This document shows, piece by piece, positions 11,672 through 25,274 of a stretch of DNA of 64,000 bases (position 1 is its first letter; every line of letters begins with the position of its first letter). Position numbers and translations under genes: made by a program. The notes under the pieces are model-generated. The model did no database searches and was not told the DNA's origin. It saw nothing but the letters and a program-made list of their open reading frames with translations. This DNA is from an uncultured Acidobacteriota bacterium (GTDB lineage: Bacteria; Acidobacteriota; Thermoanaerobaculia; Multivoradales; UBA5704): assembly GCA_963770895.1 (NCBI GenBank), contig CAVYRF010000002.1, forward strand, positions 5,728,001-5,792,000. Reading direction: 5' to 3'.

Positions 11672-11784
11672 GGGGCCGATCGCTGTGCCGGCGCCTTGCC
11701 GTGCGGCCCGAAGCCGCTATCGAATCGTGTCATGATCACACGCTTGCCGCCTTCACAGGTTGGATCAGCAGATAGGAAACCGAC

Positions 11785-13404
<1,620 letters not shown>

Positions 13405-13503
13405 AACCCGCACGGACGCGGCGCGGACGACGCGCGCCGCCGCGGGTGAGGTGACGCAGGTACGGCGCAGGCGCAAGGGATATCGACAGGAGCTCCAAAG
13501 AAT

Positions 13504-16458
13504 ATGGGAAAAGTTCGCGTACAGGACCTCGCTCGGATGATGGGGATCTCCAACCAGGACCTCGTCTTCAAGCTGAAGTCCATCGGTGTCCGCGTCGAAG
13601 GCGATGACGCTCACATCGACACCGACATCATTTCGGCGATTCTGCAGGGCAAGAAGCTGCCCCATCCGCGCGAGGTCATCCTGCGCGACGAGCCGGCAGC
13701 CCCCGAATCGCCTGCGGCGGCACGCCGCCGCGCGCCGGTCGCTCCCGCGCCGCGCCGCCCGCCTGCCAATCCGCTGCGGCCCAACCGGCCCCGCACGCTG
13801 ATCCAGAAGGTGGAGCCGCGCATCCAGACGATGCCCGCCTCCGAGCGCCCCGCCACCATGGCCGGCGGTGCCCTCCTGCCGGGCGGCGCTTCCCCCGCCG
13901 GCATGGCGCTGGGCGGCGGCACCCCCGCGGCACACGCCGGGTCCGCTCCGGCGGCGCTGGGCGGCGCCACGTCGGCCGCCGCCACCAACGGCCCGGCTGC
14001 CTTTGGCGGCTACGCCGGCGCCACCAGCTCGCAGCACGCTCCCGAGGCGAACCCGGCGCACCCGGCGAACCCGGCGAGCGTTGCGGCGCCCGCCCACGCC
14101 GCCCTCGGCGCCGTGGCGCAGCCGGCCGCCCCCAGGCCGCCGGTGGCGACGCACGCACCCCACGCCCCGAGCGGCGCCGCATCGCCGGGGTTTGGCGGCG
14201 GTTACCAGGGCGACCCCGCCCGCTCCGCCATGCGTCCCGGCAGCGGCGCCCCGGCGCGCCCCACAGGGCCCGGTTCGTCACCGTCCCAGGTTTCGGCGCC
14301 GGGCGGCTACCGCGGCGCCGGCGCCGCCACGGCGACGTCCGGCCGTCCGGGCGGCCCGCCCTCCTCGCAACCCGGCGGCGGGATGCGTCCCGGCGGCGCC
14401 ACCGCGCCCGCTCCGGGCGACCTGCGCCGCCGCCCCGAGCGCGTCATCGAGTCGCCGCCCAAGCAGGACAAGAACAAGAAGAAGCCAGGAAAGGGCGTCA
14501 AGAAGCCCGGTGTGCGCCCCGCCGAAGAGGAAGATCTGAAGGCCTACAAGGGCACGATCGAGGACGACATCGACGGCGTCGAAGAGGGCGTCGAAGGCGC
14601 CGCCGGCCGCCGCCGCCGCCGCGCCCTGCGCAAGGAAGACGAAGAGCGCGAGGGTGGCAAGCTCCTCACCTTCAAGAAGGCGCCGCCGCAAGGCACGGTG
14701 ATGATCGGCGAGGGCATGACGCTGCGCGAGTTCGCCGAAAAGCTCGGCGTCAAGTCGCGCGACCTCATCAAGGCGCTGTTCGATCGCGGCATCATGGCCA
14801 ACATCAACCAGGTGATCGATACCGAGCTGGCGCAGCAGCTGGCCAAGGACCTGGGTGTCGAAACCATGGTGGTGTCGTTCGAAGAAGAGGTGCAGCTCAA
14901 GGAAGAGCAAGCCGGCAACGCCCGCGAGCAGGTGGTCGAAGGCCGCGTGCCGCGCGCTCCGGTCGTCACCATCATGGGCCACGTCGATCACGGCAAGACG
15001 TCGCTGCTCGACGTCATCCGCTCCTCGAAGGTCACCGAAAGCGAGTTCGGCGGCATCACCCAGCACATCGGCGCCTACCACGTGGGCGTGCACGGCCGCC
15101 AGGTGGTGTTCCTGGATACGCCGGGCCACGAGGCCTTCACCATGATGCGCGCCCGCGGCGCCCGCGTCACCGACATCGTGGTCCTGGTGGTGGCGGCCGA
15201 CGACGGCGTGATGCCGCAGACCGTCGAAGCCATCGACCACGCGCGCGCCGCCGGCGTGCCGATCGTCGTGGCGATCAACAAGATCGACAAGGCCAACGCC
15301 AACCCCGACCGGGTGAAGCGCGAGCTGTCCGATCGCGGCCTGATGCCCGAGGATTGGGGCGGCGACACGGTGATGGTGCCGGTGTCGGCGCTCAAGAAGC
15401 AGGGCATCCAGGAGCTGCTGGAGATGATCCTGCTGACCGCCGACATCCTGGAGCTCAAGGCCAGCCCCGAGATCCAGGCGCAGGGCGCGGTGCTCGAAGC
15501 GCGCAAGGAGGTCGGCCGCGGCATCGTCGCCACCGTCCTGGTGCAGAACGGCACGCTCAAGGTGGGCGACGTCTTTGTCTCCGGCGCCACCTGGGGCCGC
15601 ATCCGCTCGATGAGCGACGACCTCGGCCAGCGGGCGCAAAAGGCCGGCCCCTCGACGCCGGTCGAAGCCACCGGCTTCAACGACCTGCCGGACGCCGGCG
15701 ACCTGCTGCAGGTGGTGGACGACGAATCGCGGGCGCGCGGCATCGCCGAGTACCGGGCGCAGGAGGTGCGCAGCCGCGACCTCAACCCCACCCAGGGGCG
15801 GCTGTCGCTCGAGCAGCTCTTCGACCGCATCCAGGAGGGCGAGGTCAAGGAGCTGCCGGTGGTGCTCAAGGCCGACGTGCAAGGGTCGGTCGAAGTGCTG
15901 CGCGAAGCGCTGGCCAAGATCAACACCGATCGGGTCAAGGTGCAGGTGATCCACGCCGGCGTCGGCGCCATCTCGACCAACGACGTGCTGCTCGCCTCGG
16001 CGTCGCGTGCCGTCGTCGTCGGCTTCAACGTCCGCCCCGAGCGCGCCGCCACCGAGCTGGCGGAAAAAGAGCAGATCGACATCCGCCTGCACACCGTCAT
16101 CTACGAGCTGCTCGACGAGCTGCGCAAGGCGATGACCGGCCTGCTCGATCCCACCTTCCGCGAGGTGGCCACCGGGCGCGCCGAAGTGCGCGACACCTTC
16201 AAGGTGCCCAAGGTGGGGACGATCGGCGGCTGCCACGTGGTCGAAGGAATCATCCCCCGTCACGCCGCCGTCCGCCTGGTGCGCGACAACCGCGTGATGT
16301 ACGAAGGCAAGATCTCGTCGCTGCGCCGTTTCAAGGACGACGTGTCCGAGGTGCGCGTGGGCTTCGACTGCGGCATCGGCCTGGAACGCTTCCAGGACCT
16401 CAAGCCCGGCGACTTCATCGAGGCCCACGTTCGCGAAGAGGTGGCGCCGGTGCTCTGA
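13504..16458 (+). CDS. infB: Translation initiation factor IF-2
   Basis: MGHVDHGKTSLLD, GGITQHIGAY, DTPGHEAF, NKID. Confidence 0.97.
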   Translation: MGKVRVQDLARMMGISNQDLVFKLKSIGVRVEGDDAHIDTDIISAILQGKKLPHPREVILRDEPAAPESPAAARRRAPVAPAPRRPPANPLRPNRPRTLIQKVEPRIQTMPASERPATMAGGALLPGGASPAGMALGGGTPAAHAGSAPAALGGATSAAATNGPAAFGGYAGATSSQHAPEANPAHPANPASVAAPAHAALGAVAQPAAPRPPVATHAPHAPSGAASPGFGGGYQGDPARSAMRPGSGAPARPTGPGSSPSQVSAPGGYRGAGAATATSGRPGGPPSSQPGGGMRPGGATAPAPGDLRRRPERVIESPPKQDKNKKKPGKGVKKPGVRPAEEEDLKAYKGTIEDDIDGVEEGVEGAAGRRRRRALRKEDEEREGGKLLTFKKAPPQGTVMIGEGMTLREFAEKLGVKSRDLIKALFDRGIMANINQVIDTELAQQLAKDLGVETMVVSFEEEVQLKEEQAGNAREQVVEGRVPRAPVVTIMGHVDHGKTSLLDVIRSSKVTESEFGGITQHIGAYHVGVHGRQVVFLDTPGHEAFTMMRARGARVTDIVVLVVAADDGVMPQTVEAIDHARAAGVPIVVAINKIDKANANPDRVKRELSDRGLMPEDWGGDTVMVPVSALKKQGIQELLEMILLTADILELKASPEIQAQGAVLEARKEVGRGIVATVLVQNGTLKVGDVFVSGATWGRIRSMSDDLGQRAQKAGPSTPVEATGFNDLPDAGDLLQVVDDESRARGIAEYRAQEVRSRDLNPTQGRLSLEQLFDRIQEGEVKELPVVLKADVQGSVEVLREALAKINTDRVKVQVIHAGVGAISTNDVLLASASRAVVVGFNVRPERAATELAEKEQIDIRLHTVIYELLDELRKAMTGLLDPTFREVATGRAEVRDTFKVPKVGTIGGCHVVEGIIPRHAAVRLVRDNRVMYEGKISSLRRFKDDVSEVRVGFDCGIGLERFQDLKPGDFIEAHVREEVAPVL

Positions 16459-16525
16459 CCCCGCGGGACCTGACGGTTCCGCCGCGCCAGAGCTCGCGCA
16501 CCCTTTCCCTGCCGAGGTGCCGCCG

Positions 16526-16819
16526 ATGGTCGTCGGAATCGTCAGTTTCGAGCTGCATCTGCCCGAAAGCCGCAGCCTCAAGGACAAGCGGCGGGTTCTC
16601 AAGTCGCTGATCGATCGGGTATTTCAACGCTACCGGGTGTCGATCGCCGAGACCGCCTTCCACGACCTCCACCAGCGGGCGGAGATCTCGATCGCGGCGG
16701 TGACGGTCAAAGAGGTGGAGATGGAGACGTTGATGGAGAACGTCAGGGGCCTGGTGGAGAGCCTCCACGAGGCCTACCTCACGCGCTGGGATCCGCAGCT
16801 GCTGGAGGCGGCACCGTGA
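16526..16819 (+). CDS. DUF503 (YlxP-like) protein
   Basis: LHLPESRSLKDKRRVLKSL motif; conserved position between infB and rbfA. Confidence 0.85.
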   Translation: MVVGIVSFELHLPESRSLKDKRRVLKSLIDRVFQRYRVSIAETAFHDLHQRAEISIAAVTVKEVEMETLMENVRGLVESLHEAYLTRWDPQLLEAAP

Positions 16820-17178
16820 GCCGGCGCACCGATCGCATCGCCGACCAGCTGCGGCTTGAGCTGTCCGACCTGGTGCGGCGGGAAGTGCATGACCCGCGCC
16901 TCCGCCAGGCCAGCCTGGTGGGGATCATGGACATCGACGTTTCGCCCGACCTGCGCCGCGCGGTGGTGAAGGTTTCGGCGCTGGGCGAAGAGCAGGATCG
17001 CCTGGCGACGATAGCCGCCCTGCAGCACGCGCGCGGTTTCCTGCGTTCCGAGCTGGCCCGCCGCCTGCGGCTGCGGGTCACCCCGGAGCTTCATTTCGAG
17101 CTCGACCGCGGCGCCGAGCACAGCCAGTCCATCGCGGACCTCTTGGAGAGCCTCCATGGCCGGAACCAAAGCTCCTGA
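16816..17178 (+). CDS. rbfA: 30S ribosome-binding factor A
   Basis: RTDRIAD...DPRL...VSPDLRRAVV...RLRVTPELHFELD. Confidence 0.93.
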   Translation: MSRRTDRIADQLRLELSDLVRREVHDPRLRQASLVGIMDIDVSPDLRRAVVKVSALGEEQDRLATIAALQHARGFLRSELARRLRLRVTPELHFELDRGAEHSQSIADLLESLHGRNQSS

Positions 17179-18259
17179 AGACCTGCTACGTAAGATCCGG
17201 CAAGGAAATCGCTTCCTGCTGACCAGCCATATCAACCCCGACGGTGACGCCATCGGTTCCGAGCTCGGTCTGGCGCGCATGCTGCGCCAGCTGGGCAAGG
17301 GCGCGGTGGTGTGGAACCGCGACGAAACGCCGGCGATCTATCGCCCGCTGCCGGGCAGCGACCGGGTGCACGTCGGCGCCGAGCCTCCCGCCGGCTTCCC
17401 CGACAAGTTCGACGCCCTGATCATCCTGGAGTGCCCGAGCCCCGACCGCACCGGCCTCGAGCAGCACCTGACCGCGCTGCCGGTGCTCAATATCGACCAC
17501 CACCTGGGCAACCAGCACTACGGCGTCGTCAACTGGGTGGACTCGGCGGCGCCGGCGGTGGGAGAAATGGTGTTCCGTCTGGCGCAGGCGCTCAAGGTGG
17601 CGCTCGAGCCGGACGTCGCCAGCTGCCTGTACCTGACGCTGGTGACCGACACCGGCGGTTTCCGCTTCTCGAACGCCACGCCGGCCGCCTTCGAAGCAGC
17701 CGCCGCGCTGGTGCGCGAGGGGGCGCATCCCGAGCAGGTGGCGCAGTGGCTGTACGAGAGCCAACCGGAGTCGGTGGTGCGGCTGCTGGGGGAAATGCTG
17801 CGCACGTTGCGGCTGCACGATGGCGGGCGCATCGCTACCGTCCACCTGGACCCCGCCATGTTCGAGCGCGCCGGCGCCAGCGCCGGCGATTCCGAAGGGT
17901 TGATCGACCAGCCGCGTTCGATCGCCGGCGTCGATGCCGTGGCGCTGATCCGCCAGCGGCCCGACGGCAGCTGCAAGGTGTCGCTGCGCAGCCGCGGCGA
18001 AGTGGACGTCGAAAAGATCGCCCGCCACCACGGCGGCGGCGGCCATCGCAACGCCGCCGGCTACGCGGTGGCGGACGCATCGCCGGCAGCGGTGGAAGAG
18101 CAGGCGGTGCAGGCGCTTTCGGGTCTGCTCGCGGCGCCGGCCGACGGTGGTGACGGCGCGCCGGCCGACGGTGGTGACGGCGCGCCTGCCGACACCGCCG
18201 GCGACGACGGCGCGGCCGCGGCATCGTCCCCCGCAGCGGGCACCGCTGCCGCCAGCTGA
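17156..18259 (+). CDS. nrnA: DHH family bifunctional oligoribonuclease/PAP phosphatase NrnA
   Basis: HINPDGDAIGS, NIDHH, TDTGGFRFS, GGGGHRNAAG. Confidence 0.88.
   Translation: MAGTKAPEDLLRKIRQGNRFLLTSHINPDGDAIGSELGLARMLRQLGKGAVVWNRDETPAIYRPLPGSDRVHVGAEPPAGFPDKFDALIILECPSPDRTGLEQHLTALPVLNIDHHLGNQHYGVVNWVDSAAPAVGEMVFRLAQALKVALEPDVASCLYLTLVTDTGGFRFSNATPAAFEAAAALVREGAHPEQVAQWLYESQPESVVRLLGEMLRTLRLHDGGRIATVHLDPAMFERAGASAGDSEGLIDQPRSIAGVDAVALIRQRPDGSCKVSLRSRGEVDVEKIARHHGGGGHRNAAGYAVADASPAAVEEQAVQALSGLLAAPADGGDGAPADGGDGAPADTAGDDGAAAASSPAAGTAAAS
18134..18193 (+). repeat. 24-bp tandem repeat (2.5 copies) encoding APADGGDG
   Basis: GCGCCGGCCGACGGTGGTGACGGC at 18134-18157 and 18158-18181, partial third copy. 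Confidence 0.85.
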
Positions 18260-18275
18260 GGCAGGCAGGCGCACG

Positions 18276-19397
18276 ATGAAAGACGGACTTCTCCTGATCG
18301 ACAAGGAGCCGGGCCTGACGTCGCACGACGTCGTGCAGCGGGCCCGGCGCCTGCTCAAGCAGAAAAAGATCGGCCATTGCGGCACGCTCGATCCGGACGC
18401 CACCGGTCTGCTGCTGCTCACGCTGGGCACCGCCACCCGGCTGACGCGCTTCCTCATCCGGGCGCCCAAGATCTACCACGGGGTCATACGCTTCGGCTTC
18501 ACCACCGACACCTACGACGCGACCGGCAAGGTGGTGCGCCAGGCCGCGCCGGGCGAAGTGGAGGCGCTGACCCAGGCGCAGGTGGCCGGCGCCATGCGCA
18601 CCTTCGTCGGCGCCATCGAGCAGCGGCCGCCCGCCTATTCGGCCAAAAAGGTCAACGGCGTCAAGTTCTACGAGATGGCGCGGCGCGGCGAAGAGGTTCC
18701 CGAGGAACCCAAGGAGGTCACGGTCTACGAGTTCGAGGCGACCGCCGACCTGGCGGAGGGGCGCCTGGCGTTCCGGCTGGGCTGCTCGTCGGGAACCTAC
18801 GCGCGGGCGCTGGCGCACGATCTGGGCAACCTCCTGGGCCCCGGCGCCCACCTGGCGGAGCTGCGCCGCATCAAGATCGGCGGCTTCCACGTCGATGCGG
18901 CGCTCACCCTGGCCCAGCTGCACGCCGCGCTCGCCCCCCCGTCCGCACCCTCCGTGGCACCGGCGCCGGCGGCGCCAGGCCAGGCGGCGGGCGCGGGCGC
19001 CCAGGCCGCCTCGGCGGCGGTGCCGGCTGCTGAAACCCCGCAGGCGTCGCCGGCCGCGGCCGCTACGACGGCGCCGCCGACTCCGCCGGCGCCGCTGGCG
19101 CCAGGCGCCGCGCCGGACGGCGGCCCGGCCGTGCCGTCGCTGCGCGGCCTGCCGCCCGGTTCGTGGATGCCGTTCGACGACATCCCGCTGCCGTTCGGCG
19201 AGGTGACCACCGATTCGCAGCAGGAGCTGCGCATCCTGCACGGACAGACGGTGCTGGTGCGCGAGCTGGCGGGCGACGAAGGGGATTGGGTCAAGCTGGT
19301 CAACCGGCGGCGGCAGTTCATCGCCATCGGCACCGTCATCGAGAAGATCGGCGGCGCCGGCGTCGGCATCGTCCAGCCCAAGGTCGTCTTCCGCTGA
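18276..19397 (+). CDS. truB: tRNA pseudouridine(55) synthase
   Basis: MKDGLLLIDKEPGLTSHDVV, KIGHCGTLDPDATG, PPAYSAKKVNG, CSSGTYARALA; ATG at 18276. Confidence 0.95.
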   Translation: MKDGLLLIDKEPGLTSHDVVQRARRLLKQKKIGHCGTLDPDATGLLLLTLGTATRLTRFLIRAPKIYHGVIRFGFTTDTYDATGKVVRQAAPGEVEALTQAQVAGAMRTFVGAIEQRPPAYSAKKVNGVKFYEMARRGEEVPEEPKEVTVYEFEATADLAEGRLAFRLGCSSGTYARALAHDLGNLLGPGAHLAELRRIKIGGFHVDAALTLAQLHAALAPPSAPSVAPAPAAPGQAAGAGAQAASAAVPAAETPQASPAAAATTAPPTPPAPLAPGAAPDGGPAVPSLRGLPPGSWMPFDDIPLPFGEVTTDSQQELRILHGQTVLVRELAGDEGDWVKLVNRRRQFIAIGTVIEKIGGAGVGIVQPKVVFR

Positions 19398-19539
19398 CCC
19401 GCCCAGCCCCGGCCGGCCTCCCCCACTCCCGCCCGGCGCCGGACCCCTGGCGGGTATGACGCAGGCGGCGGGCGCGACGCGGACAGCCTGCGTTATGCTA
19501 GACTTGCAGGCGGAATGATATGAGAGGAAGGAGTTTGCA

Positions 19540-19809
19540 TTGGCGCAAAGTACCCAAATGAAGCAGCTGGTCATCCAAGACTACCGGCTGCACGAGCGCG
19601 ACAGCGGGTCTCCCGAGGTGCAAGTGGCCCTGCTCACCAACCGCATCACCGAGCTGACGGACCACTTCAAGACCCATACCAAGGACCATCACAGCCGCCG
19701 CGGACTGCTCAAGCTGGTCGGACGGCGGCGTCGCCTGCTCGACTACCTCAAGGGGCAGGACGTCGAGCGCTATCGCGCCACGATCGAGCGCCTCGGGATC
19801 CGTAAATAG
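19540..19809 (+). CDS. rpsO: 30S ribosomal protein S15
   Basis: [13 protein letters not shown]...[23 protein letters not shown]; TTG start after AAGGAG. Confidence 0.97.
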   Translation: MAQSTQMKQLVIQDYRLHERDSGSPEVQVALLTNRITELTDHFKTHTKDHHSRRGLLKLVGRRRRLLDYLKGQDVERYRATIERLGIRK

Positions 19810-19980
19810 GTCCCCGGCGGCTCTCGGCCCCCTCGCCCCCCTGGCGCCGCGGCATCGCGGCACCAGGTGCCTCGGCGGCTCTCAGCGGCTCCTGGCAGAC
19901 CCCGGCAGGTCCCGGCGCATGCGACGTTCCGGCGTGTCCGGATTCCGTTGCCCGCCGGTTGGCAGCCAAGCCGGAGGTGC

Positions 19981-20036
19981 CGGCCACCTGGCGGCGGCTC
20001 GCAGCTAGTGGCGGGACACTAGAGCCGCCCGTGGCC
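19981..20036 (+). promoter_or_regulatory. Long hairpin in pnp 5' leader
   Basis: Nested pairs CGGCCAC/GTGGCCG, GGCGGCT/AGCCGCC and CTAGTG/CACTAG around a GCGGA loop. Confidence 0.45.
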
Positions 20037-20095
20037 GTTTGTGCGCGCGCACGCATCGTGAACAGCGGAACTAGACCAGAGAGAAGACAGAAACC

Positions 20096-22359
<2,264 letters not shown>

Positions 22360-22360
<1 letters not shown>

Positions 22361-23166
22361 TGGCGGCGGCGGCAGCGGCGGGCTCCCCCGCCGACGACGG
22401 CCAGGGCGGCATCGCACTGCACGCCCTGGTCGCCTACCTGGACGAACTGCTGGAAGCCCGCAAGGGGGCCGACTTCGGCCCCAACGGCCTGCAGGTGGAG
22501 GGGCGCGAGCGGGTGCGCAAGGTGGTCACCGGCGTCTCGGCGTGCAGCGAGCTGTTCGAGCGCGCGCACGCCGCCGGCGCCGATGCCGTGCTGGTGCATC
22601 ACGGCCTGTTCTGGAAGGGGCCGCCGCTGCCGCTGACCGGCATCCGCTACCGGCGGGTGGCGCAGCTCATCCACTCCGGCATGAGCCTGATCGCCTACCA
22701 CCTGCCTTTGGACCGCGATCCCAAGCTGGGCAACAACGCCCTGGCCGCGCGCGCCTTCGGCCTGGGCGAGCTGGAACCGTTCGCGATGCACGACGGCCTG
22801 CCGATCGGCTGCAAGGGGAAATTTGCCGAGCCGGTGCCTGCCGGCCGCCTGGTCGAGCTGTGCCGTCAGGTCTTCGGTCAGGAGCCGCTGGCCTTTCTTA
22901 CCGGCCGCGCCCAGGTTGAGACGCTCGGCATGGTGAGCGGCGGCGGCCAGCGCGAGCTGTACCAGGCGATCGACGAAGGTCTGGACGCCTACGTCACCGG
23001 CGAATCGACCGAGTGGGTGATGAACGTCGCGCGCGAAGCCGGCATCCACTTTCTGGCCGCCGGCCACTACGCGACCGAGCGCCTGGGCGTGCGGGCGCTG
23101 GGCGAGCACGTCGCCCAGCGTTTTGCGGTCCAGGTGGAATTCATCGACGTGCCCAACCCGGTCTGA
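22360..23166 (+). CDS. Nif3-like dinuclear metal center protein (YbgI family)
   Basis: PNGLQVEG, VHHGLFW, YHLPLD, AAGHYATE. Confidence 0.92.
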
Positions 23167-23177
23167 CCGGCCCCCCC

Positions 23178-25079
23178 CTACACCAGGTCGCGCAGCACGG
23201 CGACCACCTCCGTGCGCTGGCCGCCGCGCTCGACGGTGAGCCGCACGCGGGTGCCCGGCGTGTCGGTGCGCAGGCGCTCGCGCAGGGCGGGCAGCCGCAG
23301 GTCGCCGGCCGGCGTGCCGTCCACGGCGACGACGCGGTCTCCCTGGCGCAGCCCGGCATCCGCGGCCGGCGAGCCGGCATAGACGTCGACGACGTCCAAG
23401 GCGCCGCCGGATTCCGCCAGGTTCAGCCAGGCGCCCAGGCGATCGAAGGCGGCGGGCTGGCCGGTGCGCGCGTTGCGCTCGAAGATGATCTGCTGGCGCG
23501 AGTAGTCGAAAGTGACGTTGTACAGCCGCAGCAGCCCGGCGCCGACGTTGCCGGCCACGTACTGGTCGGCGAAGGCGCCCTTCTTCTGCAGCGACAGTTC
23601 CACCACCGGCCGGTCGAATTCGACGCCGCCCAGGCGCAGCACCTGGGCGCGCGCAAACTCCGAACGCGCCGCGCCGCCGGCCCCCCAGCCCGACACGCCG
23701 GCCAGCTTGGGAGCGTAGCGGGCGTGCAGGCCGTGCTGATCGACGAACGGCCCCATCAGGTCGAGCGTCGAGCGGCTGCCGGTGTCGATGTCGAAGGTGC
23801 CGGGGATGCCGTCGATCGAGCCCTGCACCTGCGGGATGTGCTCGTTGAACGTGAACGGCACCACCTCGCCGTCGCCGTGGTACGCGAAGGCGGACGGCAG
23901 GGTGAGCGTCAGCGCGCTGTGCTCGTAGTCGACCTTGACCACGAAGCGGCGGAAGATCTCGTAACCGATGAGGCCGTTCTGCTCCACCCCTTCGACGCGA
24001 TCGAAGTCGGCCAGCGGCAGGACGGCGAACAGCGGGTCGTGCAATACCACGCCGCCCACCTCCAGGGAATCCATCTTGACCAGCGCCACGTCCTCGGCCC
24101 TTTCGCCCACGCCGCCGCCCTGCAACGCCCCTACCGGCTTCAAGCCGAGCGTCGCGGCAAGCTTGGGAAACACGATCGCCAGGCCGCCGGTGTCGCACAG
24201 CATGCGGAACGGCCCCTTGCCGTTGAGCTTCACGTCGACGTAGATGTGGTTGTTGAGCAGCTGGAACGGCACGGTCACCGACGTTGCGCCGGCCGGCATG
24301 GCGAAGTCGGGCGGCGGCGCCGCCGGCAGCGCGAACACCGACGGTGGCAGCGGCTGGTTGAAGGTGGTCTGCTCCACGGTCGTCACCACGTCGTACTTGC
24401 TTTCACCGGTGCCGCTGCGCTGCATGTAGGGGAGCTTCACCCCGTCCACCAGGCGGTAGTCGGAAAGATGGATGGTGGTGGTCTGCGTGCCGCCCACTTC
24501 GACGATGCGGTCTGCCAGCGACGTTGCCGCGTCCACCCACAGCTCGAACGGCCTGCCGTCGCGCGGGCTGATGCGCAGCACGTCGAAAGCGCGGCCCTGG
24601 TCCTGGCGCCGGCCGAGCGATTCGATGCGCGCCGGCCACCGCTCGGGATACCAGTAGGCGAGCGCCCGCCGGTAGCCTTCGTCCACCGCGCCCAGCCGCG
24701 CGTCGTCGGCGGCTTCGACGCGCGGTTGGCCCGACGCGTCCTGGCTCCAGGTCGTGGTGCCGTCGAAGCCCTGCATGCCCTTCATCGGTCCCAGCTGAAA
24801 ATGGTCGACGAACTTTCCGCTCCGCAGGTCGTCCAGCGATCCGGCGGTGCCGTCCAGGCCGGCGGTGTGGATCTTTACCGTCTGTTGCAGCGTCGTCTTG
24901 GAATCCCAGGCGGTGCCGCCGGCGGCCTCCTTGGCGCGCGCCAGGACGGCCGCCGCCTCCGGGCTGATGGCGGCGGCGCCGCTCGGGTCGCCGGCGGTGG
25001 CGGAGGTGGCGGCGGCGGCGCCGGTGACCAGCGCAAGGGCCAGGACGGAGACAAGCAGAATCGATGCAGCGCGGCGCAT
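23178..25079 (-). CDS. Exported protein with two retropepsin-like aspartyl protease domains and C-terminal PDZ
   Basis: Signal peptide MRRAASILLVSVLALAL (ATG 25079); CDTGG and IDTGS motifs; GSPAADAGLRQGD PDZ motif. The upstream part of ORF 23178..26894 is antisense shadow. Confidence 0.82.
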   Translation of the reverse strand: MRRAASILLVSVLALALVTGAAAATSATAGDPSGAAAISPEAAAVLARAKEAAGGTAWDSKTTLQQTVKIHTAGLDGTAGSLDDLRSGKFVDHFQLGPMKGMQGFDGTTTWSQDASGQPRVEAADDARLGAVDEGYRRALAYWYPERWPARIESLGRRQDQGRAFDVLRISPRDGRPFELWVDAATSLADRIVEVGGTQTTTIHLSDYRLVDGVKLPYMQRSGTGESKYDVVTTVEQTTFNQPLPPSVFALPAAPPPDFAMPAGATSVTVPFQLLNNHIYVDVKLNGKGPFRMLCDTGGLAIVFPKLAATLGLKPVGALQGGGVGERAEDVALVKMDSLEVGGVVLHDPLFAVLPLADFDRVEGVEQNGLIGYEIFRRFVVKVDYEHSALTLTLPSAFAYHGDGEVVPFTFNEHIPQVQGSIDGIPGTFDIDTGSRSTLDLMGPFVDQHGLHARYAPKLAGVSGWGAGGAARSEFARAQVLRLGGVEFDRPVVELSLQKKGAFADQYVAGNVGAGLLRLYNVTFDYSRQQIIFERNARTGQPAAFDRLGAWLNLAESGGALDVVDVYAGSPAADAGLRQGDRVVAVDGTPAGDLRLPALRERLRTDTPGTRVRLTVERGGQRTEVVAVLRDLV

Positions 25080-25274
25080 GGAAAACCTCCCTGTCGCGGC
25101 GCCGCCTGCCATGCAGGCGCGCCCAGTGTGGCTGCTTTCCTTACGCCACGGGTGTCGAATGGTTGCAGGCCTTGCGGGTGGTCCGTTGGGCGCCCTGCGC
25201 CCTGGCCTTGCGGCTGGTTGTAGAGTGCGCCGAACCCGCGCGCGGCGCCGGTGTTTTGATACGCTGCGGCCTCC

